Assembly (NCBI GenBank): GCA_965112735.1
Contig: OZ218955.1
Span: 2,232,001-2,296,000 of the forward strand
Length of the DNA stretch: 64,000 bases
Direction of reading: 5' to 3'
From: Phaeosaccion multiseriatum
Taxonomy: Eukaryota > Protista > Ochrophyta, other classes
The position numbers and the translations under genes are program-made. Numbering within the stretch: the first letter of the stretch is position 1; every line of letters begins with the position of its first letter. Positions 11,145 to 23,884 of the stretch are shown here, piece by piece. The notes beneath the pieces were generated by a model. That model did not search any database. It was not told where the DNA came from and saw only the letters and a program-made list of their open reading frames with translations.

Positions 11145-11473
11145 CCCTGGCCCCCCCAGCAGCTCTCCACGGGGGAGATATCGTGGAGGGGCAGTGATAC
11201 GTTTGGCAAAAACCCGAATCACCAACGGCCGTAGCACTTCGACACACTTCGGAGGGCCCCTTTACAAAAGGATTTAAAGACCTCGTGTGTGCGTGTAGGA
11301 CGAAAGCCTTGCGTCAAACCCAAGGGCGCTCCTCTGTGGAGCACTTGGGCCTCGGCGCTTCCGCCCCGCTGTCTGTTGACTATCAGCTTCTTCTTCCCCC
11401 CCTCTGCCCTCTGCGCTCCCCCTTTCCTCTTTCTGCTCTGCGTTGGTTCATCTGAAGCCTTCCGTGGTTGAGG

Positions 11474-14400
11474 ATGAAGGAGGGAAAGTACTCCCCCAGA
11501 GAGCTCAGGCAGCTCGAGCTCGAGGAGGCGGCCCGAGAGGTGGGGTATCATCTGGAGCCGCTTGTGACGAGCCCTAGTGCCCCCTATGACAGAAGATCGC
11601 CTAGCCCGCTGAGGCAGCAACAGCCGCAGAAGAGGCAGCCCAAGCAGCAGCGGAAGCCACAGGCCAAGCGGAAGAAGGGATCAGTTCCCGTGAGGCTCGC
11701 TCAAACCTTCAAATCGAGGGTAAGGCTCAATGAAGCAGTCGTTTGGGGAACAACGCTCGTTCGCTGCTCATTCTGTGCTCTGTACTTTCCCAATCCAAAC
11801 TCTAGTTCTGGGACTCCAACAAAGTCGTGAGCGACAACGCAGTGTGGGCAAGGGATAAGCTGTCCGGGGCCTATATTGGCGGGCGAAAGAGAACTGCTGA
11901 GCTGGCGGCTGGGGGGCTCCAGAACACGCTGCGGGTAAGGAAGGACGTTCAAGAAAAGAGGGAGTTTGGAGGGTTCAAAAACGGCCTCCAGTATGCTCTG
12001 CTCACTCCCTCTGCCTCCCCTGGCCCTCCTGCTCTTGCAGGTGTACAGCTTTGCCCGCGATTCGGCAACCACGCTCAAGCTGCCCGGCCCTTTGAAGCCT
12101 TTGCGGGACCATGTCATCCTTCCCTCTTTCAGGTACAGAGTTTGGTGTATAGAAATACAGTGAGGTTCTCTCATCTCACCTCACCACGTATGGTATGGAT
12201 CTCTCTCTCTCTCTCTCTCTCTGCAGGGGCGTGGAGAAGACGGTTGACTTTGTCCTGTCGGATCGCATGGTCGAGGCCTATGTTGGGGCCAAGGAAATGG
12301 GATCTTCCTTGCCCCTGGTGGGGGCGCACGTGATTCGGCCGTCTCTGGATTGTGCCGAGGGAGTAGGCAGGTTCTGCCTGCGTGTCGTCCAGGTGAGAGG
12401 ACGGAGGGAGGGGGGTGGGGCTTCCTGCGTGGGTGAACATCCGATCCGCTCAAGTGAGTTCTAAACCCTCACCTTCGTTGCAGGCGCCATTCCCTCCGCC
12501 TGAGCGCGTGGCGGAGGGCGCAGACATGTCCATGGAGTCGGTGAAGAGGGGGCTGCGCTTCACCGCCCGAGAGATGTACTTCTACACCGACTTACTCGAC
12601 ACCGTCATAACCCGGACCCTCACCAGGTGATGCTTGCCTTGCTTTGCTTGGCTTGACTTGACTTTGCTCTAGTCACCGACCACCTACTTATCACAACTGC
12701 TCCCGACTAACTCAACACACCCTCCTCCTCTCTCTTTTCCTTGTTTGCCCCCAAACCAAAAACAGAGCCCAGTGGGACATTTGGGGCTACGGCCCGTACG
12801 ATACCCTCCCAGCGGAAAGGCAGCAGGAGGTGCTGGACAGGGCAAGCGAGAAGTACTTCTCCCTGCAGCACCCTCTGAGGCGCTACGAGTTCCTGGCGCA
12901 CATCAGGTGGCACAATCGGTGAGTAAGTGAGTGAGTGAGTGAGTGAGTGAGCGAAAGAGTAAGAGTACGCTTCTCAGAAGCGTCAAAGAGAGAGAGAAAG
13001 AGAGGGGGGCTGGTTCAGCCCCAAGTAGTGCTAACCGCCCTATTTTGTTTGGCTTGGACTCAGGAGGATCCACGACGCGCTTGTGGAGGGCTCGCTCCTT
13101 ATGGACAGGGCCAGCCTCATGGCCACGGCAGAGTTCGATGGAGACGCGTGGCTCAGTCCCACGGCACCCTGGAGGAAGGGGATGTGGCATTGGACACATG
13201 AAGTGGTGGTGCTGGATGCCGAGGGCAGAGGGAAGGCTGTGCGAGTGGAAGAGGCAAAGGGCGAGGCGGAGGAGAGGGAAGAGGAGGAGGAATGGAGGGA
13301 TGGGGGGCGGGTGGAGGCGGGGTGGTTCTGGACCAAGGAGCAGGACACATTGCCCTCCGCTAAGGGGCGAGGCTGGAAGATGTTTAGCAGGGAGGACTGC
13401 GCTGCTTTGGAGCGACGCTTTCGGAGAGAGCTGCGAGGGCTGCGGGTGCATGGGGCAGAACAACAAGCAGAGAAGGAAGAGGGGGAGGAGCAACAACAGC
13501 AGCAGCAGCAGCAGCAGACGGAGGAGGAGGAGGAGGAGGAGGAGGAGGAGGAGGAGGAGCAGGAGGAGGAGGAGCAGCAGCAGGGCGGAGGGGGGGGAGA
13601 GGAGGGGAGGCAGCAGCAAGAGCACTCGGAGGAGGAGGGAGGGGGGAGGAGGGGCAAACAGGAGCTGCCTGCACTGAGAAGCGACACCCACGCTGGGCAG
13701 GCGGAGCGTGAGAGAGGCCGCGTCTCAGGGTCGGTGGCAGCCGTTGGTGCCTCTTCTGATGCTCCCACTACTGGTGGTGGTAGGGCATGTTTTCCCAGCA
13801 AGACGATCGTTCGGACTCGCGCCGTCGAGGATGAATTCGATGTTTTTGTGGACCAAAGGCGTCACGTGGTCACCAACTTCCACGACCAGCATGATATGCG
13901 GCGCTACCCCGTGTACTGGGCATACACCAAGGGAGAGCCTGTGAGACGCTCTGTGTGGATGCGCGAGACGAGCAGGAAGAGCAGAATGGGCATGGACATG
14001 GGTCCGAGCCCGACAGACCTTGTGGGGGAGGGGGGGGGTAACGAGTCGTCGCGCCAGTATCTGCGACCCTTCTCACCGGAAGCGGCGGCCATCCTGGAGG
14101 ACGCCTACGCTTTTCTCGAGTGGCACTTGCGTCAGAGCAGGAGTGGTGATGGAGGCGGGGAGGAACAGGATTCCTCTTCTACTCCTTCTTCTCCTTCTGC
14201 TACTACTTCTTCGCCCAGCGTCCTTCTGACAGTACAAGTCCAGGATGAGCTAGTCCAGTTCCGAGGCTTGGATGATATTCTGAGTGTCAAAAAGACCTTC
14301 ATCGGAGCTGCCTCATTGTGGGGGAGGAGACGTGTGTACCGTGGCATGCCCCAAACCAGAGAGATGGAGGAGCCGGTGTTGGAGGAGGGGGAGGTGTCGC

Positions 14401-15583
14401 CAGACCCGCCCAAGGACGAGGCAGAGGGGGTGGCTGGGGCTTCTGCAGAGACTGGGCAAGGAGTGGCGAAAGAAGGGGCCGGGGAAGGGGAAGGAGCACC
14501 TTCTTCACCGCAAAAGAAAGAAGGCGCCGGGGAGGAGGAAGGAAGGCCCTCTCTGCCCGAAAAGAAGCCCGACCCTGATCACGTGGACCATTTAGTGCTC
14601 GTGGTCCATGGCATTGGCGACGCCCTCACGTGAGAGCCAAACTGGGGGAGGGGAGGGGAGGGGAGGGTGCAACCTTGTTGTGTATGTGTCAGTCGGCCTG
14701 TCTGTCTGTCTGTCTGTCTGTCTGGCTGTCTGTCTCTCTGTCCGTCAGTCCGTCTGTTCTATTTCATTGAGTGCGCGCGTGTCTCTTCCCCCCCCCCGTT
14801 GTGTGGTGCACCCCTCTGCTGTGCGTAGGACTACGGATCTTGGCATATTTCAGCTGCACTCCCTCGTGGAGTGCTGTGATCAACTACGTTCCAACCACAG
14901 CGAGGTGGCCAGTCAGTCCTCAGCCATGCCCCCCCCCCCGGGAACCCGGACGGAGTACCTGCCCGTTGAGGTCGGCTGCCACATAGCTAAACCTCTCTCT
15001 CGTCCCTCCCTCCCACCCTTCCTCCCTTTTCTACTGCGCTTGTTGCGCTTTGTTGTTGTACGAGGAGGAGGAGGAGGAGGAGGAGGAGGAGGAGGAGGAG
15101 GGTGCACACAGTCTGTCTACTGTGATGATACGGTAACCCCCCCCCCCCCCAACCCTCCCCCCCTTCCCTCATCCGCCTCACCAAACTCAACAGTGGCATA
15201 GCCGCTTCAAAAGCAAACTGTACGGAGAGGCTAAGGGCGTTGGCGTGGGCGTGACAGCTTCAGAGGGGGCCTCCAGTCGCCGCCACCAGTCCCCCCCTCG
15301 TCATGTGACGGGGGCCGACCCGCGCTGCAGAAGGACCTCCTCCGACAGCTCCGACAGCTCGGAGGGCGAGGGAGCAGACGCAGAGGGGGGAGAGGATGAG
15401 GGCCTAAACATTTATGACATTACCCTCCGACGTGCGCCCACGCTGCGAGCCTTCACCAACGACACGGTGCGTGAGGGACATGGGACAAGTTGTCCAGCCT
15501 CTCCGTCAAGTGCTTCCGTTCACATGTTTATGTTTAAGCCTATTGGTCTTTCTCGCCGTCTCTCTCTCTCTTTCCCTCCACTT

Positions 15584-15620
<37 letters not shown>

Positions 15621-16033
15621 CGCTCATTTTCTCTCCTGATGGACTCTCTGTGCCACCCCCCCTCTCCCTCCCCTGCCTCTTCAGTTGCTCGATATCCTCT
15701 ACTTCATGAGCCCCCAGTACCACCAAATCATCGTGGATGAGGTGACGCAAGAGATCAATCGCACCATCTGCTTGTTCCGAAAGAACACCCCAAGCTTCAG
15801 CGGACGGGTTAGTATTGTGGCGCATTCCCTGGGGGCCGTCATCTGCTTCGATATCCTCGGCAACCAACAAGTGACAGAAGAGGCCGGAGTGGACAAGAGC
15901 GAGCAAAAGTGGCAGTACTTCCAGGGCAGCACGCAAGTGGAGCAGCTCGTCACACCCATTGAGAACTTGTTCTGTTTGGGCAGCCCCATCGGCATGTTCC
16001 TCATGATTCGAGGGCAGGTGTGTGTGTGTGTGC

Positions 16034-16073
<40 letters not shown>

Positions 16074-17546
16074 GTGTGTGTGTGTGTGTGGTGTGTGTGC
16101 GTGCGCGCGCGCACGTTTGCGCTTGTTCAAGTCTCAGTTTCCGTGCTACCACGTTACGCAATGCAACTTAACTAACTAACTAGCGTGTGCGGTGTTCTTA
16201 ACTAACTTGCGTGTGCGGTGTTCTTAACTAACTAACTAGCGTGTGCGGTGTTCGTTCGTCCACTCCCCCAATACGCAGAACCGCCCCCTCGGGCGAGACT
16301 TCAAGTTGGCGGGCTGCAAGCGCTGCTTCAACGTGTTCCACCCTTACGACCGTGAGTGCGTGAGTGCGTGAGTGCGCTCTCCACGCATTCATTCTTGCAA
16401 GTCCCCCCATCAAGCTGTCGACTCAACATCCATCCTTCCCCTTGTTGCTTTCTTTCCTCCTCAATTCCTCCTGCAGCGGTGGCTTTTCGACTGGAGCCCC
16501 TCGTGCTTGGCGATGCGGCGAGCGTGGAGAGGCAGCCTGAGATTCTGCCCACGTGGACCGGAGGCCTTCGCGTTCACTACCAAGTGCGTTAGTGCTTTTA
16601 ATTGGGGAGGGGGGGGGGGGGGCTTGCTTTGTCAAGCAGTCCGTAAACGCTCAGAGTCACAGTCACAGTCACAGAGGGGAGCTTAAGAAGGGCGGAATAG
16701 CCCGATTGTCCCTCCTTCGGCCACCGACTTACTCACACACAAGCATCTCTCTCTCTGCCTCTGGCTGTGACTGTCAGGTGAAGCGCTGGTGGGTGGACCT
16801 CCTCTCGCGAGTAGTGGAGATACGCAAGGATGTACGTACATGGACTTACTTTGTCTGAGCATTCGAGCCTCCTGCATCAACTAAACGCAGAGGGTGCTGC
16901 TCTGCTTCTCGCTCTTGTTCCTCTCGCAGCTGGAGGAGACTGTAGAGCATACGCTAGAGAGGATAGGCCTCATAGAGGAGTTCAACGAGTTGGAGGTGGA
17001 GGACGAGACGTCCTGGGAGGACGAGGACTCCGACGAGGCGTGGTGGACAACCAACTTGTCCAGGCCTGTACCGCTCTCCTCCTCGCCGCCCGCCAGAGCA
17101 GCCTTAACAGTAGCAGAAGGGGAAGCAGCAGGCAGCACCACCCCAGTGCAGTGCGGGAGGGGCCAGCAACAGCAGCAGCAGCAGCAGGAGCAGGAGGAGG
17201 AGGAGGAGGAGGAGGAGGAGGAGGAAGAGGAGGAGGAGGAGGAGCGCTTCAAGGCCAAGGAGGAGGAACACGATGGGGGTGTGAGTGTGAACGGCATGCT
17301 GGCGGGCGGGAAGCGCATCGACTACAGCCTGCAGGAGAAGGAAATAGAGATGAATGAGTACATCTTCGCCCTCGGCTCTCACGTGAGTGCTTTGGAAAGC
17401 TCACTAAGCGTCGGGAGACCCTCGTCCTTCTTCTCACCCCCCCCTCTCTCCCGCTTATTTCCTACTTTCGTCGTGCACAGGTTCTCTACTGGGAGTCGAA
17501 AGACCTGACCCTATTCTTGGCCAAACAGCTGCTTGAGATCGATTGA
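11474..17546 (+). CDS. DDHD-domain intracellular phospholipase A1 (PA-PLA1/SEC23IP-like), multi-exon
   Basis: WWE-like segments (WKMFSREDCAALERRF, PVYW..VRRSVW, PFSPEAAAILEDAY), HLVLVVHGIGD, lipase motif VSIVAHSLGAVICFDIL, LFCLGSPIGMF, FNVFHPYD-PVAFRLEPL, RIDYSLQ and GSH-VLYW. Stop TGA at 17544-17546. Confidence 0.9.
16167..16252 (+). repeat. Intronic tandem repeat of about 26-34 bp (CTTAACTAAC..GCGTGTGCGGTGTT, 3 copies), preceded by a (GT)n tract at 16018-16100
   Basis: Directly visible. It contains many CTAAC motifs just upstream of the 3' splice site at about 16278. Confidence 0.85.
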
Positions 17547-17731
17547 GTGCTCCGGAAAGTCCCGGGCGGTGTAGAGAGGAATGCCCTGCCCTGCGCCCCT
17601 GCAACGTTTTGTTCAATGCCGTTTTTGTTCATTGTGTACATTGTAAATACTTGTTGTCATAATCACAGTTTTGATACAGTCCGCGTCAGCCGCTTTGTGG
17701 CCTGCCCGCCTCAATATCCTCTTCCTCCTCG

Positions 17732-18424
17732 TCATCCCCCCTCCTCCTTCTCATCCCCCCTCTGGTCTGCAGGCCCCACTTCCCGTGTGATGCCGTAATA
17801 CATGGTCATAAGGTCGGAGGCCTCCACTGGAGTGAGAAGCGTGCCTGTAATGCTCACCACGAACTTGATTAGCTCGAGGCGCAAACCGTACCCCACCAAC
17901 GCAGCGCCATGTTGTCTCACAAATGATCGTGTCAGTTGGGGCCATCTCGAGGGTGTCAGCCCGCCAGGGGGCGCCTCCTTCCTGATATACCTATTCCACA
18001 AGAGCATAAAGGTCTTCTCCTTGTCGTCTATACCCTCCAGATCCAGCAGCTCCTGGTCCTGCAAGTAGCCCTTCCAGCTGAAGTCACTTTCGGAGGCCCA
18101 GCCACTCGGCATGGCCTCGCACTCCTGACTTGACAGCGCCACCCCAGTGTGGGGGCAACAAAGCTGACGGACACAAGCAGCATCCTGTGGGACTCTATCG
18201 GCCTCATCATCATAGTTATCTTCGTCGTCGCTCTCTGAACTTCCCCCACTGCTCTCCTCCTCATTGGCGTGTCCGTGCCTCGACGAACATTTCTTCTCGC
18301 TCTCTACCTCCCTCTCTGTGGCCGGGTGTGCTGAAGCGTCCCCAAGCTTGGCATGCTGGGGTGGAGCGCTCTGATTTTTCTTTAATTTGTCGAAAATCAT
18401 GCCCCTTTGCTTTGCTCCGATCAT
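17732..18424 (-). CDS. Stand-alone VEFS-box protein (SUZ12/VRN2/EMF2-like Polycomb PRC2 subunit domain), apparently intronless
   Basis: RQLCCPHTGVALSSQE..SESDFSW..QELLDLEGIDDKEKTFMLLWNRYIRK..FVRQHGAAL..LRLELIKFVVS parallels the VEFS-box pattern (F-x-D-V..EK..M-x-LWN-x-FV). Confidence 0.7.
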   Translation of the reverse strand: MIGAKQRGMIFDKLKKNQSAPPQHAKLGDASAHPATEREVESEKKCSSRHGHANEEESSGGSSESDDEDNYDDEADRVPQDAACVRQLCCPHTGVALSSQECEAMPSGWASESDFSWKGYLQDQELLDLEGIDDKEKTFMLLWNRYIRKEAPPGGLTPSRWPQLTRSFVRQHGAALVGYGLRLELIKFVVSITGTLLTPVEASDLMTMYYGITREVGPADQRGDEKEEGG

Positions 18425-18585
18425 CGATCATCTTTGGCATTTCGATCAAAGACAAAAAAATATGTCAACAAAAGAGAGCGGCGGCCGCCAAGGCCCTTGC
18501 CCGATATCTCGCCCCTCCTAACCCCCCCCCCCCCCCGAGCACGCCCCTTCGCCACGGACGTGAGCTCTCCCTCTCCCACTCCGCC

Positions 18586-20922
18586 ATGGAGGCTCCTGAA
18601 CTGGTGAGAAAGTCCTCTGGGTTACTGGATTCTGATCGGAGACTCTCGCTTCTGTTGCTGTTCCCTCCCCGTCCCTTATAATCGCTCCCTTGTCGGCCTC
18701 CCATCCCATTCTCTTAGCAGCAGGATGGGGAGCAGCCGACGCACGCAGGGGAGAAGGAGGAGGGTCCCGAGTGGTTGGACATTAGCTCCCTTTGCGCCTC
18801 TGCAAGCGCGACCCTGGGTGTTGACGAGATGCTGTACGGTGAGGACTTTGACCTGTTCGATGCCATGTCTGCGCTCGAGCTGCTGGACCCCAAGATGGAC
18901 AAGGATACTCCTGTTATGCGCAGCTTGGCGTCGCGCTTCGGAGACGAAGGCTCTGAAGGCACTGAGGGCGCCACGCTCTCTGCCGCGGGGCCGGCCTCCA
19001 TGGTCGGGCTGCTGGGGATGGTGGATGCCATGTTGATTAGCGAGGTGGCGTGGATGGAGGGCGCGGCCCTACCAGAGTCTATATACAACTGCCTGTACCT
19101 GCACCGTGAGAGCTTAGAGCGCCTGTACATGCACCAGATGGGTGTGCCTCTACCATCATGTGCTGCCGACGCCTCCAGCTCTCTGGCACCTGTACACCCG
19201 GTGGGGGGGCTGGGTCTACCTCTGTTAGCGCTCTCCCTCGCGACGCTGAGGTGTAGCAACATCTTTAGGAATGTAGTCATGTTCGCCGACATTTACGAGG
19301 AGGAGGATTGCTACCCCAACACCTTCGGCTTCAAGCTCGCGCCGCCGGTGCCTGACGCCGCTATTTTGCAATTTCTGCGACTCTCTGAAGCGCAGCTGCG
19401 ACGGCAGGGGGAGGTTGAGGCGGGGGGGGGGGATGAAGAGCAAGAGCTGCTGCCGCAGGAGAGGCTCTGTGCTCATTTGGCGATGCGCAGAGAGTACCTA
19501 GAGGCGTGCATGGCGATACGAGAGGGCTTTGCTCGGAAGAAGAACGGGGCGGTGGGCATGAAGACGGATGACGAATGCAAGGCCATCGTCACAGTGGGGG
19601 ATGTGCAGGACGAGGCATCCGCAGGGAAGGTGGAGAAGGAGGAGGAAGAGGAGGAGAAGGAGGAGGAGGAGGAGGAGGAGGAGGAGGAGCACGAGAAACA
19701 GGAGCAGAAGGAGGAGCAGCAGCAGGATGATGAGCAGCAGCACGAGGATATCAAGGCCGCTGGGGACCAGAGCAGGCCCGCTGACGTGAACAATAGAGAA
19801 TGCCCCGGAGCCGTCTGCGTGCGAGGCATGCGGAGAGCAGCGACGCGGCTTGCAGCGGCCGTAAGGGAGCAGCGCAAGCTCGTGGGCTTCGTCGCGGCCG
19901 CAAAGGCGGAGGCCTCCGAGGTGAGTGCGAACGGGCGATGGTCAACCAAAAGGAGGCCGGGGGGAACTGATTTGACGCTTCCCTTGTGGCCTGCCCCCCC
20001 TCCTACCGTACCAACCAACCAACCAACCCAAAGGCCCAGGAACTTGCCCCGGACGCCTTTCAGCATGAATTTAACCGGCATCTGCTGGGAAGCACGCCGC
20101 ACCGCTTCGTGTCCTTCCATCGCCTGGGCGCTGCGTTGGCCAAGCTCGGAAGGGTCATGGAGGAGCTCAGGATGGCATGCAGGATTGTGGATTGCAGGGT
20201 AAGCGACATTGGGGGAGGGGAAGAGCCTCCTCTCTCTCTCTCTCTACGATAAGGGCGTCTCGATTTGTCAACGATTCGCCTTTTCTTTTTATGTTATACG
20301 ACAACAGACTCTTCGCGAGACCCGTGTCCACTTGGATCAGCTGTGCAGGCCCTCCTTCAAGCAGCTGCTGGAGGAGAAGGGGTCCTACGCAGGCCCAAAC
20401 GTATTTGCAAGAAGGTACATGTAGCGTGGTCTTGCCTCCGCCCCAATCCAAGTAGGCAAGACCCGATTTCCACCTCAACCCAAGTAAAGTAGCAAGACCC
20501 GATTTCCAACTCCCCTCCCCAACACGAACATTCCTCCCCCCCCCAGCGTGGCAACGGTGTGTCTGTACCGTGGGGAGCTCATCCTGGGCAGGTACCAGCC
20601 CTCGGCCTTCGTGCGCGAGGCTCTGCTGGCAGGGGGCGTGCCTCCTACCTTCCTCATGACCCCCGCGGGGCTGGAGTTCCTGGACGTTGCTGCCATGCCC
20701 GTGTACGAGACGCTGCGTATGCAGTGCCTGAATCGGGCAAGGCAAAGAAGCAAGCTCGAGGTGAGATGGTTTGTGTGTGTGTGTGTGTGTTTGTGTGTGT
20801 GTGCGTGTTTGTTTGTTTGTCCCTCCGGCTTTGGCTTGTGCGCACCCGCGACACGTTTTGCTTTGGTTTGTTGGCAATAGCACAAGACTCTCTGCACAAC
20901 TTACACACAACGCAACGCAAAT

Positions 20923-20961
<39 letters not shown>

Positions 20962-22238
20962 AGGTGCTGCTGGGAGACTACCACACTCTGCAGGCAGACG
21001 CCACGGCGGTGGACACGGCCTTCACCATCGAGGCGGGCATGGAGCCGGGGTCCGCCCCCACCTGTGTGTCTCACTGGGCTCTGGGGGAGGTGCTGAGTCT
21101 GATGCATCGCTACATGGCGGTGACTGTGGAGCTGGAGCTGCTGAGTCCGTGCGAGTGGTTCAGTGCTCTCTGGTATTGGGAGTACATTTTCACCTCCAAG
21201 CTCAAGGTAGAGCAGGCGGCCTCGCAGCTCATGCAGGACCTGGAGGGGAAGAAGGCCGCCATGGAGGAGGAGGACGAGGAGTGGAGGGGCAAGAAGGAGC
21301 GAAGGGAGCTCGCCGCAGCGCTGGAGGAGCAAGCGCGTTGTCAGAGGGAGAGGGAAAAGCAACAGCAGCAGCAGAACAAGGCATCCAAAAAGGGCAAGAA
21401 GAAGGGTAGAGATCGGGCTGTCGCAGCAGCAGCAGCAGCAGCAGCGGCAGGAGCAGGAGCAGGTACGCAGGGAGAGAAGGAGGCCGAGACCGACGGATGG
21501 CAAATAAAGGAGGACGCGCGGCAGCGGCATATAGCGGAGCTCCAGCAGCAGCTCGAGGGGCGCAAAGAGCTCCGACTCGCAAAGGTCAGGGACTTTCGCG
21601 CCAAGCTGAGTCGGATGGAGCTGGACCAGGTGCACACGGAGATGTATCGCTACCTCGCCAGGGGGGGCCTGCGCTTCCTGCTGGCGCTACATCGACTCGG
21701 GGTGGGGGTGGGGGGGCGGGGGGGGCTCGAGCTAGAGCCTGTCTTTGAGTTCACAACGGCAGAGAGCATTTACAACCACCGCTTCGGGGCATTTGGAGCG
21801 ACCAATCTGCCCGCTGTGCTGCTACATGACTCCTTTGTTAGCATCGTGGTGGAGGCGGAAGGCTCGGGGGCGGAACTGCTGAAAAGTGCTGGCGATTGCT
21901 TCAGCGCGGTCAAGCGCTTGTTCGAAGCGGCTCGAAGTATGCTCGAAGCCCTACAGAGCGAGCAGCAGCAGGAGGATCAGAAGGAGGAGGAGTCAGAGGA
22001 GACGGGCGAAGAAGAGGAAGAGCGCCGCCTCCACGCAGAAACCACCCTGACGGAGGAAGAGTTGAAGGGGGTGGCTCGAGTGTGTGTGTCCAACGGTGTG
22101 TCCATCATGAGAGTAGCCCAAGCGCTGGGCTCTGCGGAGTCTTTGCCAGAGTCCTTCGTGCAGGGCAGCAAGGTTACGCTGGACTTTTCCGCGCACATTG
22201 ACTTCCCCTGCGTGCTTGTGCACGTAAAGCAAAAGTAG
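18586..22238 (+). CDS. NAA35: NatC N-terminal acetyltransferase auxiliary subunit (Mak10), multi-exon, with acidic/Gln insertions
   Basis: WLDISSLC..LGVDEMLYGEDFDLFDAMSALELLDPKMD, EVAWMEGAALPESIYNCLYLH, ADIYEEED, NRARQRSKLE, ELELLSPCEW..WYWEY and IYNHRFGAF. Confidence 0.9.
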
Positions 22239-22782
22239 CTCACTCTTGTCTTTCAGTCTCCTCTGTATTGATAAAGTACGGCGACGTTACTCAAGACGCG
22301 AGCAATCTCCTCCGTCATGCCGTCCCCACGCCACACAGGGCGTGGCTGATTGTTCGTGTTGAGGTGTTGTGCTGCTATTCCAAAGATGGCGTCGGAACAT
22401 CCATCGCCTCATCTCTCGCGTGCGCAGAAGGTATCTGTCCCTTCCCACGTGGGCTTCGCTGCCCGTCACGGCCTTGATCACTGCACTACCCTGCCTGTGC
22501 GAGGAGAAGACTCCCTCTCGAAGTAACTCACGCCTTGGGGGTGGCGTTCGGAGGAGCGCCGCGTGACATGCTCTCCTCGGGCCGAGACTACTCGGGCAGA
22601 GCTAGCTTGGGCAGAGGGAAGTTGTTGTTTTCACGGGGGGCCCAACTCCGTGCGGGGCCTGCTGCGCCATTGCCCGTCCCAGAGCAAAGCAACGAACTGA
22701 GCCGGAAGGTGCTTCACAGATTGAAAAAAGGCGCTCTCTCTCTTGGGAGTCCTCCGTCTTTCTGCTCACTTCAATCGACGAT

Positions 22783-23710
22783 TCACTCTTGCCCTGCGTG
22801 CAGCGGTAGAGGTGTGAGACGGTGGTTAAGCTGCGGATATATACAGCTACGAAAATAAGCTCACGTAGCACGTACCACATCTCCATATCCCCAGCCTTCT
22901 GGTCGAGAATATCCTCTGGCGCCAGCTTGACCACCCGCCACTTGCCCCTGGCCAGCTGCTCCTCCAGCCCCTCGGGCTCCCACTTCATGTAGTTGAAGAA
23001 GAACTTGAAGTCCTCTGCAGCCGCTGCGCCTGTGCTGACCTGGAGGGAGGCAGCGGGAGGCAACCGCTTAGAGACGCCGCCGGGGGGTGGAATGCCCTGC
23101 AGAGCAGCACCCACCTCCTTCTTCGCAGCCTCTAGCCCTCCCACGTAAACACCAGAGTCGCCCACCGGGGTGGCAGTCCCACCCAGGCTGTGTGGATGGA
23201 GCATGACCGCTGCCGCGCCGCCATCCTCGCCCCCTCGGTACAACCTGTTGTCTTCGAAGGGCCCCAGAGATGCAGTCACCATCTCGCCAATAGTGAATGG
23301 ACTCCCGCGATCTATACAAACGGCTTTGGAAGCTCCTTCTGTGTACTCGTACAGAAAGTTTACCGAGCCTTGAGGAGAGGAGGAGAGGAGGTGAGGGGAC
23401 AGCTGACAGTGGCGAAGGCACCACACCGTGGTTTACCTTGTGTGAAGTGCCCGAAATCATCAGGGCTCGCAACGATGCAGCAGCCGGGACACAAGAAGTC
23501 AAGCTGCTCCATCCGGTCCCATTGGACCATGCACAGCTTTGTCTCCCTCTTCTCTCCTCTACTCCTCCCTCCTCCTCCTGCGTGTGATGCTCCGGCTCCC
23601 CTCCCCGCACCTTTGCATGTCTCTGACAGAGCCAGAAGGGAGTGCGATCCTCCGAGAAAGGCAGCGACAGACCAGGCCTGACAGGCTAGCAGTAGCAATA
23701 GTATCCACAT
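22783..23710 (-). CDS. YqgE/AlgH (DUF179)-family protein, probably plastid-targeted
   Basis: Presequence MWILLLLLACQAWSVAA|FLGG, then PGCCIVASPDDFGHF, LYRGGEDG, DSGVYVGG and DFKFFFNYMKWEPEGLEEQLARGKW. The 3' end is uncertain: a spliced stop at about 22783, or the ORF runs to 22602. Confidence 0.75.
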
Positions 23711-23884
23711 CGGCAGGGTTGTTTTATGTGACTTATCATAACTTGCGGGGGGCAACCAAACCCTTCGTATCACCAACTTGCGCTTCAACAAAACTAAACT
23801 CCTCCTCTTGAGGGGAAGGACACAGTGTGTGTGTGTGTGTTATATAGTATGCCGTAGCTTTCCCGTGCTCGTAAGAGTAGCACG

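Noticed and set aside
9022-11300. Possible transposon boundaries around the 2OG-Fe(II) dioxygenase-like gene
   Set aside because: No TIRs, LTRs or TSDs longer than about 6 bp were found and there is no adjacent transposase.
11972-11989. GGTTCAAAAACGGCCTC resembles the foldback element end at 7363-7378
   Set aside because: The match is about 16 bp with an indel and has no flanking similarity, so it is compatible with chance.
16167-16252. Repeat-spacer-like arrays (also 45780-46475 and 56000-56065) as CRISPR or telomeric repeats
   Set aside because: They are head-to-tail tandem repeats without unique spacers, there are no cas genes, the context is a eukaryotic intron or UTR, and there are no TTAGGG/TTTAGGG arrays.
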